A DNA stretch of 64,000 nt from Candidatus Magasanikbacteria bacterium RIFCSPHIGHO2_01_FULL_41_23 (GTDB lineage Bacteria > Patescibacteriota > Patescibacteriia > Magasanikbacterales > UBA922), in contig MFPT01000021.1 in the NCBI GenBank assembly GCA_001782805.1, positions 10,546-74,545 on the forward strand. Direction: 5' to 3'. A program made the translations under genes and the position numbers. A model generated the notes under the pieces. It was given only the letters and a program-made list of their open reading frames with translations, was not told where the DNA came from and ran no database searches. This document shows positions 36,358 to 46,643 of this stretch, one piece after another (the stretch's first letter is position 1; each line of letters opens with the position of its first letter).

Positions 36358-37743
36358 TCAAGTATGTGTAATCAACTCCGCGATATTTTTTACGCCGATT
36401 ATTTTTAATCCCGATTTATCGTAATTTTTCCCTTCTGATAATTTGGGATTGGGATTTATTTCGACAGTCGTGGAATTTTTAGTAGAACTCGCGGCCGTAA
36501 TCACGCGACGCATCCCAAGATTGGCGGATTCTTTAATTCTTTTTTCCGCTTGGGAAACTCTGCGCACTTCGCCGCCCAAACCAACTTCACCAAAAACTAC
36601 CAGATCCGCGCCCAATGCCTTATCTTTATATGAACTCGCAATTGCCAAACAAACCGTCAAATCCGCGGCCGGCTCGCCGGCATTAATTCCCCCGACAACA
36701 TTAATGTGAATGTCATATTGTCCGAGCGACAAACCCGCGCGTTTTTCCAGAACCGCAACCAAAACGTGAAGTCGATTCAAATCAAAACCACTGGCTTTGC
36801 GCACGGGATAGCCAAAGACAGTTTTGTTGACGAGCGCTTGAATTTCCACGAGCATGGGACGTGTTCCTTCCATTAAACAAGTCAAAATACTGCCGGACAC
36901 GGCTTCACCCCGATCCGCAATAAACGCGGCCGAGGAGTTTTTTACTTCCACCAAACCATGTTCTTGCATAGCAAAAATCCCCACTTCATCCGTGGCGCCA
37001 AACCGATTTTTTACCGTGCGCAATAAACGATAACTGTGATGGCGTTCACCTTCCAAATAAAGAACCGTGTCCACCAAATGTTCCAAAGTTTTGGGTCCGG
37101 CCACAGTGCCTTCTTTGGTGACATGCCCAATAATAACAATCGCAGTATTCGTTGATTTGGCAGTTTCCAAAAGTTTTACAGTCGCGGCGCGGACTTGATT
37201 GGGATTGCCGGCTTCGCCGAGCACATCATGGGAAGTAATTGTTTGGATAGAATCAATAACTGCGAGGGTTGGTTTTTCCGCGGTTATGGTCGCGCAGATT
37301 GTTTCCACGTTGGTTTCATTGCCTAAACGAAAATTTATTTTTTTTGTAAACAAACGATCCGCGCGCAATTTTATTTGTCCGACTGATTCTTCGCCGGATA
37401 AATATAAAGTAGGGGAGATGAGTGTGGCGAGTTGTAATGCCAGTGTTGATTTGCCAATTCCCGGTTCGCCACCAAGCAAAATTAAACTGCCCGGCACAAT
37501 TCCACCGCCGAGTACGCGGTCAAGTTCAGACAGGCCAGTCGCGATACGCGGCGTATTTTCGCCTTTAATTTCATCCAGAGAAACAGTTTTTGCAGCCGCG
37601 GTTTTATTTTTTTCTGTTTCAGATTTTTTGACCGCGGATTCGCTAATCGTTCCCCATTGCCCGCATTCCAAACAGCGCCCAATCCATTTTTGGTATTGCG
37701 CGTCGCAGTGGGAACAGAGGAAGATGGTGGTGGATTTGGGCAT
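36358..37743 (-). CDS. radA: DNA repair protein RadA/Sms
   Basis: N-terminal C4 zinc finger CSHCDAQYQKWIGRCLECGQW. Walker A GGEPGIGKSTL. KNRFG motif. C-terminal Lon-protease-like domain. The ORF track starts at 37797, but the conserved N-terminus begins at MPKSTTIF (37743). Confidence 0.85.
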   Translation of the reverse strand: MPKSTTIFLCSHCDAQYQKWIGRCLECGQWGTISESAVKKSETEKNKTAAAKTVSLDEIKGENTPRIATGLSELDRVLGGGIVPGSLILLGGEPGIGKSTLALQLATLISPTLYLSGEESVGQIKLRADRLFTKKINFRLGNETNVETICATITAEKPTLAVIDSIQTITSHDVLGEAGNPNQVRAATVKLLETAKSTNTAIVIIGHVTKEGTVAGPKTLEHLVDTVLYLEGERHHSYRLLRTVKNRFGATDEVGIFAMQEHGLVEVKNSSAAFIADRGEAVSGSILTCLMEGTRPMLVEIQALVNKTVFGYPVRKASGFDLNRLHVLVAVLEKRAGLSLGQYDIHINVVGGINAGEPAADLTVCLAIASSYKDKALGADLVVFGEVGLGGEVRRVSQAEKRIKESANLGMRRVITAASSTKNSTTVEINPNPKLSEGKNYDKSGLKIIGVKNIAELITHT

Positions 37744-37765
37744 ACCTACTAAGATGTTAGAAATA

Positions 37766-40063
37766 TCAGCCTGATCCTCCATGATCCTCGGTCGCAATTT
37801 TGTCCTCTTCTTCTGTCAGTTGTTTTCCATGTTCCAAAGGGCATATTTTATAATACCACAAAGCCCGAGCCATGGCAGGATCACTGACGCGGTTGCATTT
37901 AAAGGCTTCGGTAATAGTGGGTTTATTAATACATTTACCTGTGCCTCCACTAGTTATCAATCGAACTCCAGCCTCAAGTCCCGTGTCAGGATTTAGTAAA
38001 TCAGTGACCGTATACCAACGATCGTACATATTAACCGCCCACTCAGAACCAAGTGGACCATTTATCTTTTTTGCTTCAAAACCACCCCCTTCTGGGAAAA
38101 TAGTAATGCCCATAAAAAAACCATGAGAAAATCTCCAATCAATGTCATAGTCTGGTGGATTGCTAAAATCGTTTCCTGTTTTGCCACCATGGTAATGCAA
38201 GTCATCATTTGATTGTCCTCCACCGGTTTTTTTTGGACTGGCAGGGTAATTGTTCCAATATTTTTTTCCACCTAAATCGTACTGAGATTCGTTCATTGGT
38301 GTAAAAGCGACACCTTTATATGTTACACCGGACATTAAAAATTTTTTTCTAGCAAGGACAGGTTTGTTATTATTTTGATAACCCTCATCGCCTCCGAGTA
38401 TTAAAGTTGACGCACCACCCTTTTCATTTCCCGATTCTTTATTGGCCCAAGCCCAGGCGTAACAGGCGTCTATCTTTAATTTTTCGGCAAGGTCAGCGAT
38501 ATTTTGGTTTGTAATTTTTCCGCTTGCCTTAGCTGGAATACTGTTGTGATGAAAATTAGTATCGCTCACCAAAGTACCATTAGAATTCATTTGATTTATA
38601 TATTGCGTAAAATCGGCTTGACGCGCATATAAAACTTTTAAGTTTCTAAATTGAACAAGTTCCGGATTAATGGTAAAGAGAATAACATAAGAAGTTGAGC
38701 TGATTAATAATCCGGTAACTGCTTGCACAATCATATTTTTGCCCGATGACTTGCTGTTTCCACTCGTATCGGGAATCGTAAATAAAAATCCGCCAATTAT
38801 AATCCGAACAAGACAAAAAATTCCGGCAATAACCACTAAATATTTGTAGACTGCGGCCAGATATTCTCCCAGAAAAGGAATATTCAAATAAGTGTTTCCC
38901 AAATCATCGCCACTTAATTCTCCCTCAATAGTTATATCAGAAAAATTAAGGCCGGGGATTTTTATTTTTGGTTGAGGTTTTTGTAATAATTGCCGAAGTT
39001 CATCCTCGGATAATGATGTATTTTTAATGGCGTGCGCAACATCACTTGATGCGGTCGCATCGGTGGCCGGCGCGGTTTTATCAGCCTCGATACTTATGGG
39101 GTATTTTGTTCCTTGTACAGAGCCAACACAAAAATGAAGGGCGTGAGCATCATCAATTCCACCATCATTTTTACATTCCCATGTTTCGTCGGCTGTGGAT
39201 TTGCCATAAGCGTTTTCACAATCAACATTTTTATTACACACGCAAATATTAGCATTTGCTCCATCGAGATCACTGTCTTCACAATCCAATTTATTTGGAC
39301 AATCAGAGTTGCTAACCCAATTTTTACATTGTTTTCCAATTCCATATTCGAGGGCTTTGGGATCAGTAGTTACAACAGGATTGTTTTTTGGAGCAGACGC
39401 AGGCAGAGGTACATCCTTGCCATACGCCGCGCTCATTACCGCTTTGAAAAGTAAAGCATGGCCAGCGTCATTGGTGTGTAGAGCATTATTACCCAAACCA
39501 GTATCAATCGCATCATCGCCGTTTTTGTCAATAAGAGCAGCATAATCAATATAAATATCAACTTTAGTTTTGAACCACGCATTATTTTTTTTGAGATTTT
39601 CACTCCACAGAGGAGTCCATGCGCCCCAACCTTTGAAAGGTTGGGCGCCGACACCAATTATACGCATGCCTTCTTTTTTTGCCTCAGTAATAATCTTATC
39701 TAGATCCGCTTGATTTTTGACTGTAGTATTTTCCAAACCATTTAATCCCGCGTATAATATAAGTTCTTTAAAACCATTATTAGCAACTCCTCCTTGCATG
39801 GTAAATTGTTCTAAAAAATAAGTGGAATTTGTACTAAGTTTGGCGAAACAAGTAAAATTGTAATCAGGCAAAGCTTTCTTAAGTTGCATGACAAAACCAT
39901 TCGTCACATTATTTTTTTCAGGTTTTGAACCAATACAACCATCATCGAACGTTGATGAACCAACAACCGCTACATTAGTTTTGGCCAAGGCTGTTAAAGG
40001 AAAAAAAATAAAAGCAAAAGTAAGAATGATAATTTGTAATGCTCTATACTTCATATTTAACAT
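37766..40063 (-). CDS. Large secreted/membrane protein: N-terminal SGNH/GDSL-hydrolase-like domain, Cys-rich region, two internal TM helices, C-terminal unknown domain
   Basis: Signal peptide MKYRALQIIILTFAFIFFPLTALA. SGNH blocks VAVVGSSTF (Ser), GxND-like and NDAGHAL (DxxH). About 20 Cys in 120 aa. A TM hairpin YLVVIAGIFCLVRIIIGGFLF..NMIVQAVTGLLISSTSYVILFTI. Located next to a DsbA-like gene. Confidence 0.55.
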   Translation of the reverse strand: MLNMKYRALQIIILTFAFIFFPLTALAKTNVAVVGSSTFDDGCIGSKPEKNNVTNGFVMQLKKALPDYNFTCFAKLSTNSTYFLEQFTMQGGVANNGFKELILYAGLNGLENTTVKNQADLDKIITEAKKEGMRIIGVGAQPFKGWGAWTPLWSENLKKNNAWFKTKVDIYIDYAALIDKNGDDAIDTGLGNNALHTNDAGHALLFKAVMSAAYGKDVPLPASAPKNNPVVTTDPKALEYGIGKQCKNWVSNSDCPNKLDCEDSDLDGANANICVCNKNVDCENAYGKSTADETWECKNDGGIDDAHALHFCVGSVQGTKYPISIEADKTAPATDATASSDVAHAIKNTSLSEDELRQLLQKPQPKIKIPGLNFSDITIEGELSGDDLGNTYLNIPFLGEYLAAVYKYLVVIAGIFCLVRIIIGGFLFTIPDTSGNSKSSGKNMIVQAVTGLLISSTSYVILFTINPELVQFRNLKVLYARQADFTQYINQMNSNGTLVSDTNFHHNSIPAKASGKITNQNIADLAEKLKIDACYAWAWANKESGNEKGGASTLILGGDEGYQNNNKPVLARKKFLMSGVTYKGVAFTPMNESQYDLGGKKYWNNYPASPKKTGGGQSNDDLHYHGGKTGNDFSNPPDYDIDWRFSHGFFMGITIFPEGGGFEAKKINGPLGSEWAVNMYDRWYTVTDLLNPDTGLEAGVRLITSGGTGKCINKPTITEAFKCNRVSDPAMARALWYYKICPLEHGKQLTEEEDKIATEDHGGSG

Positions 40064-40068
40064 TCAAA

Positions 40069-40725
40069 TTAATTACTTTTGATGGCCAATATATCCGCCC
40101 ATCCCTCCACTGTCTCCGCCTCTTCAACTTGTTTATTATCCACAAAAAAAGTCGGTACGGCTTGAATGTTTAATTGCAAGGCCAGATTTTTGTTTTGAAA
40201 AATATAATTTTCGGTTGCAGGCGCGGCCAGACATTTTTCCAAATCAGTCGAATCCAAAGCAATATCAACCGCGATTTTTTTTAAAGTTGCGTCTGATAAT
40301 TGATCGTTTAAAATAAATGCCTGATTTTTAAATTCAGTGAATTTTTTTTGACTATGCGCGCAAAAACCATATTTCAAAGCTAATTCACTGGGATAAGGAA
40401 AACGCGTTACGGGTAATCCTTTCCAAATAATTTTTATGGCATTGGGATGCTTGGCCACCAATTGCGTGAGGATTTCATCATACTGTTTACAGCGATGACA
40501 ACCAAAATCTTCAAACGCGACAATTGTTTTGCCCGCGCGTTTTTGGCCGATAATAGGATCAGTGATGGAAAATGGAATGGAAAATTCCGGTGGTTTTTCT
40601 CCATCAGACGACGAGGTATTTTTTTTGGGAAAAAGTGGTTCGTAACGGAGAACTTGGATAAAGAGAGCAAAACCAACAACTAAAAGAGCGGGAATAAAAA
40701 TCAATATCATTTTTTTTATACTCAT
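40069..40725 (-). CDS. DsbA-family thiol:disulfide oxidoreductase (membrane-anchored thioredoxin fold)
   Basis: N-terminal TM helix. CxxC active site FGCHRCKQYD. DsbA-like helical insertion. Confidence 0.75.
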   Translation of the reverse strand: MSIKKMILIFIPALLVVGFALFIQVLRYEPLFPKKNTSSSDGEKPPEFSIPFSITDPIIGQKRAGKTIVAFEDFGCHRCKQYDEILTQLVAKHPNAIKIIWKGLPVTRFPYPSELALKYGFCAHSQKKFTEFKNQAFILNDQLSDATLKKIAVDIALDSTDLEKCLAAPATENYIFQNKNLALQLNIQAVPTFFVDNKQVEEAETVEGWADILAIKSN

Positions 40726-41972
40726 ATTGTCGTTACTTTAAACGCTCCGGATTTATTTTTATCAGTTATATAGAGTGATTGTCCATCTTCGCTCACGGAA
40801 ATAGTGTCTACGGTAAAATTATTTTCCGTGGGAATTTCGGTTTTTATGCCCGTAACCGTGTCAATTTTATACAAGATGTCGGGTGTTTGGTTGGCAATGG
40901 CTGGCGCAAATCCCGCACCAGTATCCAGTTGTTCGGGGACTCCGCAATAAATAAATCGTTCATCGCCCATAGCGCATTTGCTGGCCCAAGTTTGGACGTT
41001 TAACAGTTTACGATTTCCCCCCACTGAATCCGGCTTAGCATCCACAATCCATAATTCCGGTTTGAAATCACTGTTCGCGCTGTATACGCTATGCAAAAGT
41101 TTGGTTCCTTCTTTTGACCATTTGGTTTGGAGTCCACGACCTTCCACCACCAATCCGCGAAAATTTTCTTTGTTTAATCCTACCAATAAAATTTGTTGGC
41201 GATCATCGCCCAGCGGTTCGCCCGTGCGAGACAAGGCCACCACTTGCCGGTTCGGTGACCAATCCATAATTACTTTATCTTGATTTGTGCCCATTGGTTC
41301 AATCAAACGGACACTACTGCCATCGGGCGCGGCCGTAATGATCCAGCGATTTTCCGGCGCAATCCCAATACTTTTGGCCGCGATTTGGTCGCCTTGCGGT
41401 GAAAAAGAAAATTCATCCCAATGTTTGGGCAAAGTAACTTGTTTTTTTGTTTCAAAATTATAGTAAATGTTTGCGCCGTCAGGATACTGGATAATGCTTT
41501 CGTTATTTTTTGGTGACCATGCCACGTCTTTGACATTATAAAATACTTGGTCATCCAAAGTTACAACAGTTCCGTTGGAATCGATTTTATAAAATTTTCC
41601 ATCTTCGGAATTGTAAAATTTGGTTGTTCCGCCGACTGTGGTAACACTGCGCACGGGAGTTTCCACAACTGTGCTGACGCGATCAAAGGTATAATTGGTT
41701 GTTATTTTTTTCGGAGTTTCGATAATTTCCTCAGAAACAAAAGTAGGTTGATTGGTTTGGCTGGTTGGCAAATTGGCCGGAGCAGTGTCAGGCGTGATTG
41801 GTTTTCCTTCGCCGGCAGTGGGAAAGGCGTTTTGTCCGACAGTGGGTTTTTTTCCGATTGGCGCGGTGGACAGTGGCGTGGTTTTGCGAAAAAAAACAAA
41901 ATAAATGGCGTAGGCCATGAGTGCGGAAACAAGGAGAAAAAGAATAATTAATAAAATGCGTTTTTTGTCCAT
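40722..41972 (-). CDS. Membrane-anchored beta-propeller protein (PD40/TolB-like repeats)
   Basis: N-terminal TM helix, Pro-rich linker, then repeated ..W(S/A)P..G..ia/..sG...lw.. beta-propeller-like blocks. The family assignment is tentative. Confidence 0.45.
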   Translation of the reverse strand: MDKKRILLIILFLLVSALMAYAIYFVFFRKTTPLSTAPIGKKPTVGQNAFPTAGEGKPITPDTAPANLPTSQTNQPTFVSEEIIETPKKITTNYTFDRVSTVVETPVRSVTTVGGTTKFYNSEDGKFYKIDSNGTVVTLDDQVFYNVKDVAWSPKNNESIIQYPDGANIYYNFETKKQVTLPKHWDEFSFSPQGDQIAAKSIGIAPENRWIITAAPDGSSVRLIEPMGTNQDKVIMDWSPNRQVVALSRTGEPLGDDRQQILLVGLNKENFRGLVVEGRGLQTKWSKEGTKLLHSVYSANSDFKPELWIVDAKPDSVGGNRKLLNVQTWASKCAMGDERFIYCGVPEQLDTGAGFAPAIANQTPDILYKIDTVTGIKTEIPTENNFTVDTISVSEDGQSLYITDKNKSGAFKVTTI

Positions 41973-41989
41973 AGTTGTACTCCCTAAAG

Positions 41990-43726
41990 TTAGACGGCGG
42001 ATTGTTGTTTAGAACGTTGTTGTTTTAATGTAGTCAGCAGTGATTGATTTATTATTCTAAACCGTTGTTGAGCCAATTTGGCAATTTGCTGGCTGATATT
42101 TTTTAATTTTTTTCGTTTTTCATCACGTTCTTTTTTCTTTTTTTCCATTTTTTTATCAAGATCTGCAATTTTTAGGTCTACGGCTTTCCTGAGAACTTGG
42201 GGGATATTGGAAGCAGTCCAAACCATGGGCGCAATCGGGACAATGAAGAGAAAAATAATCGTCGCGGCCAGAATTGCGGCTAAAACTTTTATGAGAATTT
42301 CAATTGCCAATAATGTCCAGCTGGCAATGGTTAATGCTTTGTGTTCTCGTTCCAAGGGCTTAAGAAATTCATCGATGGTTTTGATTTCTTTTTGTAATTT
42401 TTTTTTGTCTTGGTTAAGTTGTTCGGCTTTTTTGTCTATCTCAGCGATTAACTGTTTGTTCCGTCGTTCATTAAACTTTTGCATTAGTATACCACGTTGT
42501 TGGAGATTTTGTCCGCTCGTTTGTTGTTGAGTCGCATTTTGGTTTGGATCTGTTGTAGTTTGGTTTTGTGGCTGGCCTGATTGGGAATTTTGATTTTGTC
42601 CCGACGCGTTGGGATTAGTTTGTCCTGATGCTTGTTCTTGATTCTGTCCATTTTGTCCGCGTGGTTGGGGATGGCCGGCATCATCTGTCTTAACCAGTGG
42701 TTCGCCAAGCGAAGCTTGATCGTCTTGGTTGGCAGTCATGGGATTTTTTTCCGGTTCCGGTGGTTTTTCTTCGGGAGTTGGTTCTTCCGGCTTTTTTTCT
42801 CCCTCCGATTCTCTTTCTTTTGCTTTTTCCGGCGCGTCTTCTTTTGATTTGGCGTCGTCCTCTTCTTTTTTTCTCTCTTCATCAGCTGACGGATTTGATT
42901 TGTCTGATTCAGTTTTTCCACCTTCAGGAGTTGGTGCTCCTTGTTTTGTTTTTTCCTGTTCTCTTTCTGGTTGTTTTTCTTCCGGTGTTTCTCCAGGATT
43001 TTCTGCATTAGTTGGAGTTTCAGTCGGAGAAGGAGTTGCTTCCTCTTCTGGTTTTGTTTCGGCTTGTTCAGAATTTGGTGTTGATTCGGCATTTTTATTC
43101 GCGGAACGATTATCGGCTGCTTTATCCGCGCCTTGTTGCATTCGATCTTTTTTTTGTGGAGCCCCTCGACTTCCCTCGACTCCGCTCGGGACAAGTTGCT
43201 CGGGGTAAACTGGTTCGGCTTGATCCGGTTCAACATCAGAATCATCAGGTATTTCTTGGTCATCATTGGCCGCTTCATCTGTTGACAGTGAGTCTGCCGA
43301 ATCTGTTGGATCAGCGCCAAAAGAATTAATTGCATCCGTTGGATTTATGCCACTATCAGGCATTTCCACATTATCATTGGCCGCGCTGTTTATGTTAAAT
43401 TCATCAGCCAATAATTCTTCTGCTTCTTTTTCCGCAATTGTTTCCGCAACCGCATTTGCCACTTCTTGATCCAGCATTTCTTTGGTTTCCATTTCTAAAT
43501 TAGTGTTTGCCGCCACTTGATCCACCATTTGTCGGCCAATTTGGGCAATCAAATCAGTTACTTTAGTCAGTCCTGATCCGCGTATTTCACTGGAGCTGAC
43601 GGTTTTTTTTAAAATATTTTCCGCTTGATTATTTTGGCCGCTCAAATAATCGCCGACTCCTTGGGAAATTGGATCGGGTTTTGCTGGATCTGGTTTACGT
43701 TGGGGTAAAGCCACAGCCGAATTCAA
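41990..43726 (-). CDS. Hypothetical acidic low-complexity protein with C-terminal coiled-coil and TM helix
   Basis: 578-aa ORF with long E/K/P/T/Q-rich disordered stretches. TM helix LAIEILIKVLAAILAATIIFLFIV near the C-terminus. Carries an in-frame copy of the short GC-rich repeat (peptide ..LVPSGVEGSRG..). Confidence 0.5.
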   Translation of the reverse strand: MNSAVALPQRKPDPAKPDPISQGVGDYLSGQNNQAENILKKTVSSSEIRGSGLTKVTDLIAQIGRQMVDQVAANTNLEMETKEMLDQEVANAVAETIAEKEAEELLADEFNINSAANDNVEMPDSGINPTDAINSFGADPTDSADSLSTDEAANDDQEIPDDSDVEPDQAEPVYPEQLVPSGVEGSRGAPQKKDRMQQGADKAADNRSANKNAESTPNSEQAETKPEEEATPSPTETPTNAENPGETPEEKQPEREQEKTKQGAPTPEGGKTESDKSNPSADEERKKEEDDAKSKEDAPEKAKERESEGEKKPEEPTPEEKPPEPEKNPMTANQDDQASLGEPLVKTDDAGHPQPRGQNGQNQEQASGQTNPNASGQNQNSQSGQPQNQTTTDPNQNATQQQTSGQNLQQRGILMQKFNERRNKQLIAEIDKKAEQLNQDKKKLQKEIKTIDEFLKPLEREHKALTIASWTLLAIEILIKVLAAILAATIIFLFIVPIAPMVWTASNIPQVLRKAVDLKIADLDKKMEKKKKERDEKRKKLKNISQQIAKLAQQRFRIINQSLLTTLKQQRSKQQSAV

Positions 43727-43730
43727 AAAT

Positions 43731-44078
43731 TTATAATGCGCTCACTGCGCGCAAAAGTTTGGCGCAATCGCGGTAATAATGCGTGATGAGTTCTTTGGTT
43801 CTCATGTCTTCGGTCGCGCTTTTTTGATTATGTAAATCCACGATAAAAATTGTTGTCTGCTCCGCGCGCAATTTAATAAGACGATCCGTGATTTGATTTC
43901 TGTTTTCGATTGGCGCGGCCAAAAGTCGTTGTTTCCAATAACTTAATTCTTCATCAATATGTTTTAATCGTTGTTCTTTTTTCAAACCACGAGTTTGTTG
44001 ATGGCGATTTTTGGCAAATTGATGCGCGCGCGCTTGATCGGTCGTGGGCACTATATTATTTAAGTACATAGGCCTCAT
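43731..44078 (-). CDS. Hypothetical protein overlapping the 3' end of clpC
   Basis: 115-aa ORF with a 23-nt overlap with clpC, suggesting co-transcription. No motif recognised. Confidence 0.35.
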   Translation of the reverse strand: MRPMYLNNIVPTTDQARAHQFAKNRHQQTRGLKKEQRLKHIDEELSYWKQRLLAAPIENRNQITDRLIKLRAEQTTIFIVDLHNQKSATEDMRTKELITHYYRDCAKLLRAVSAL

Positions 44079-46593
44079 GCTCTTGAGTCAACGTATAATG
44101 AGATTTGCGTCCTCGAGTTTTCGTTTGTTTTTTTAATAATTCAATTATCAGTTCAGGCACAATGCGTTCAATTAAATTCTGCACGGGTCGCGCTCCCAGA
44201 TCCGGGTGATATGACTCTTTAGCCAATGCCGCCAGTACGGTTTGATCAGCCGAAATGCTTAAACTTTTGGCAGTCATAAGTTCACGACTGAGCTGGGCAA
44301 TTTGCTGGGCGATTATTTGTTCAATCGTATCTTTATTGAGTGGCGCGAAAATACAGAGTTTATCCAAGCGACTCATAATAGCCGCTCCCAATTCTTCTTT
44401 GACCGCGGCAGTGATTTTTTTGTCTGTATCCGTGCCATAGATTGCGCCAATTGCGCTTTCGCCAAAACCAAAGCCATTGGTTTTGAAAATTTCCGCACCA
44501 ATGTTCGCGGTCATAATTATAATCGCGTGATTAAAATGGACTTTTTTGCCGCCCGCGTCAGTAAGTTCACCTTCGTCTAAAATTTGCAATAATAGCCGAC
44601 GCACATCAGCATGCGCTTTGTCTATTTCATCGAGTAAAATAATTGAATATGGCCGACGACGTAATTCATCGAATAAGCGATTGCGATCTTTGTACCCGAC
44701 ATAGCCGGCGGGTGAGCCCAAAATTTTGGCCACGCTGTGCGGCTCGGCAAATTCGCTCATGTCTAATTTTATCAGTGCTTTTTCATCATGGTATAAACCT
44801 TCGGCCAATAATTTGGCCAGTTCGGTTTTGCCTACGCCGCTCGGACCAACAAACAAAAATGAGGCAAATGGTTTTCCTTTGCGACCCAAACCCAAGTAAC
44901 GTTCCTTCAGTGTGCGCACAATGTTGTCAATGACCATGTCTTGACCAACTAATAGTTTTTTAAGCATATCTTTGGCCTGATCAAGCATATCCCATTCACT
45001 GCTTTCCAATACCGCACGATCAACTCCCAAACGATCAGCCAACGTTGACACAATATCTGCCGGCGAAACTACTATGGGATTTTTTATATTTTTTTTAACC
45101 GTGAACTGACGAATTTTGACCGCGAGTTTTTTCATTTCGTTCTGTAATTTGCTTAAGGTTTTTTTGTATGTTTTGGCGCCATTGATATTTTTTGCTTCCA
45201 ACGCCGCGGTTTTTTGTTTTTCTATTTCCGTGATTTTTCGTTCCAATTGAACTAATTTTTGACTCTCTGAATTTTTATATTTTTTAACTTTTACCGCGGC
45301 CGAGGCTTCGTCCAGCAAATCAATCGCTTTATCCGGCTGATACGCATCATGCAGATATTTGCCACTCAAAGCCACTGCAGTTTCAATCGCGGCCGGAGTA
45401 ATGGTCAAATGATGAAATTCCTCATAATATTTTTTGACGCCGTTTAAAATAGCAATTGTCTGTGTTGTAGTTGGTTCAGCCACAAAGACCGGCTGAAAAC
45501 GACGTTCCAAGGCCGGATCAGCCGCCACATATTTTTTATACTCATCGTACGTAGTCGCGCCAATGCAGTGTAATTGACCGCGAGCCAGAGCCGGCTTGAG
45601 AATATTCGCGGCATCAAGCGTTCCTTGATTGGAACCGGCTCCGATAATAGTATGCAGTTCATCAATAAACAAAATACTATGTTCGCTTCGTGACAACTCG
45701 TCAATCACTTGTTTTAAACGCGATTCAAATTCACCGCGATAAATTGTGCCCGCGATCATCAGCGTTAAATCAAGTGACAGAATTTTTTTGCGGCGCAAAA
45801 TATCCGGCACATCATCGGCACAAATCCGTTTGGCCAAGCCTTCCACAATCGCGGTTTTGCCCACGCCCGGCTCGCCAATAAGAATAGGATTATTTTTGGT
45901 GCGTCGACAAAGAATATTTATCACTCGATTGATTTCTGTGTCGCGTCCAATCACCGGATCCAATTTTTTTTCTACTGCCTTGTCGGTTAAATTTACGGTA
46001 AAATATTGAACTGCGCTTTGTTCCGCTTTTTTCTTTTTACTTCCGCGCAAGGTATTTTCCGCCGCGTCATTTTGTTCATCAGCTTTATGAGTCAAAGAAT
46101 CCATGGTTTCAATCATGTCATCAATCGTCGTGCTTTGGCCGCTGGTTTCCAACGCGGTTCTGACAAGTTTTGCCAATTCACCACGTTCAGTTTTGGCCTT
46201 GGAAAAAATAGTAGTTAATTCTTTGTCATCGTTTTCCAACAACGCCAGCAATAAATGTTCAGTGCCAATATAGCTGTGTCCGCGTTCAAACGCGATGAGG
46301 AGCGATTTTTCAATTGTCCGACTGGCTCCTTGGCTTAAATCAGGCAATGACGGTCGTCCGTCTTCGGTTTTTTCAATTGGCCGTCGTTCAGCGCTGTGCC
46401 GAATTTCTTCTACGGGAAAATTGGCTTTTTTTAAAATTTCCACAGCTACCGAACCCGGCTCTTCCATCAGGCCGATAAATAAGTGATATGGTTCCACTTG
46501 AGCCAAGTGGGCATTGTGCGCCAGAGAAATCGCACGCGCGATGACATTTTTGAGATGAGTGGAAAAATTGTCCAGCAGTTTTTGGGGGGTCAT
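44056..46593 (-). CDS. clpC: Clp/Hsp100 AAA+ chaperone ATPase, ClpC-type (two AAA domains, Clp-N repeats, middle linker)
   Basis: Clp_N repeats at the N-terminus. AAA-1 Walker A GEPGVGKTAIVEGLA. AAA-2 Walker A VGPSGVGKTELAKLLA. Sensor-2 and Clp D2-small domain. 845 aa is ClpC-like. Confidence 0.85.
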   Translation of the reverse strand: MTPQKLLDNFSTHLKNVIARAISLAHNAHLAQVEPYHLFIGLMEEPGSVAVEILKKANFPVEEIRHSAERRPIEKTEDGRPSLPDLSQGASRTIEKSLLIAFERGHSYIGTEHLLLALLENDDKELTTIFSKAKTERGELAKLVRTALETSGQSTTIDDMIETMDSLTHKADEQNDAAENTLRGSKKKKAEQSAVQYFTVNLTDKAVEKKLDPVIGRDTEINRVINILCRRTKNNPILIGEPGVGKTAIVEGLAKRICADDVPDILRRKKILSLDLTLMIAGTIYRGEFESRLKQVIDELSRSEHSILFIDELHTIIGAGSNQGTLDAANILKPALARGQLHCIGATTYDEYKKYVAADPALERRFQPVFVAEPTTTQTIAILNGVKKYYEEFHHLTITPAAIETAVALSGKYLHDAYQPDKAIDLLDEASAAVKVKKYKNSESQKLVQLERKITEIEKQKTAALEAKNINGAKTYKKTLSKLQNEMKKLAVKIRQFTVKKNIKNPIVVSPADIVSTLADRLGVDRAVLESSEWDMLDQAKDMLKKLLVGQDMVIDNIVRTLKERYLGLGRKGKPFASFLFVGPSGVGKTELAKLLAEGLYHDEKALIKLDMSEFAEPHSVAKILGSPAGYVGYKDRNRLFDELRRRPYSIILLDEIDKAHADVRRLLLQILDEGELTDAGGKKVHFNHAIIIMTANIGAEIFKTNGFGFGESAIGAIYGTDTDKKITAAVKEELGAAIMSRLDKLCIFAPLNKDTIEQIIAQQIAQLSRELMTAKSLSISADQTVLAALAKESYHPDLGARPVQNLIERIVPELIIELLKKQTKTRGRKSHYTLTQEHEAYVLK

Positions 46594-46643
46594 AATTTTG
46601 ACTTTTAGGCGTTAGCTTTATACAATAACTATACTTTATTTAA

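Noticed and set aside
42078-43469. Plus-strand ORFs (42078..42530, 42632..42847, 42697..43011, 42729..43208, 43012..43329, 43266..43469) inside the acidic-protein gene
   Set aside because: Antisense translations of an E/K/P-rich low-complexity gene, giving F/S/L/R-rich frames.
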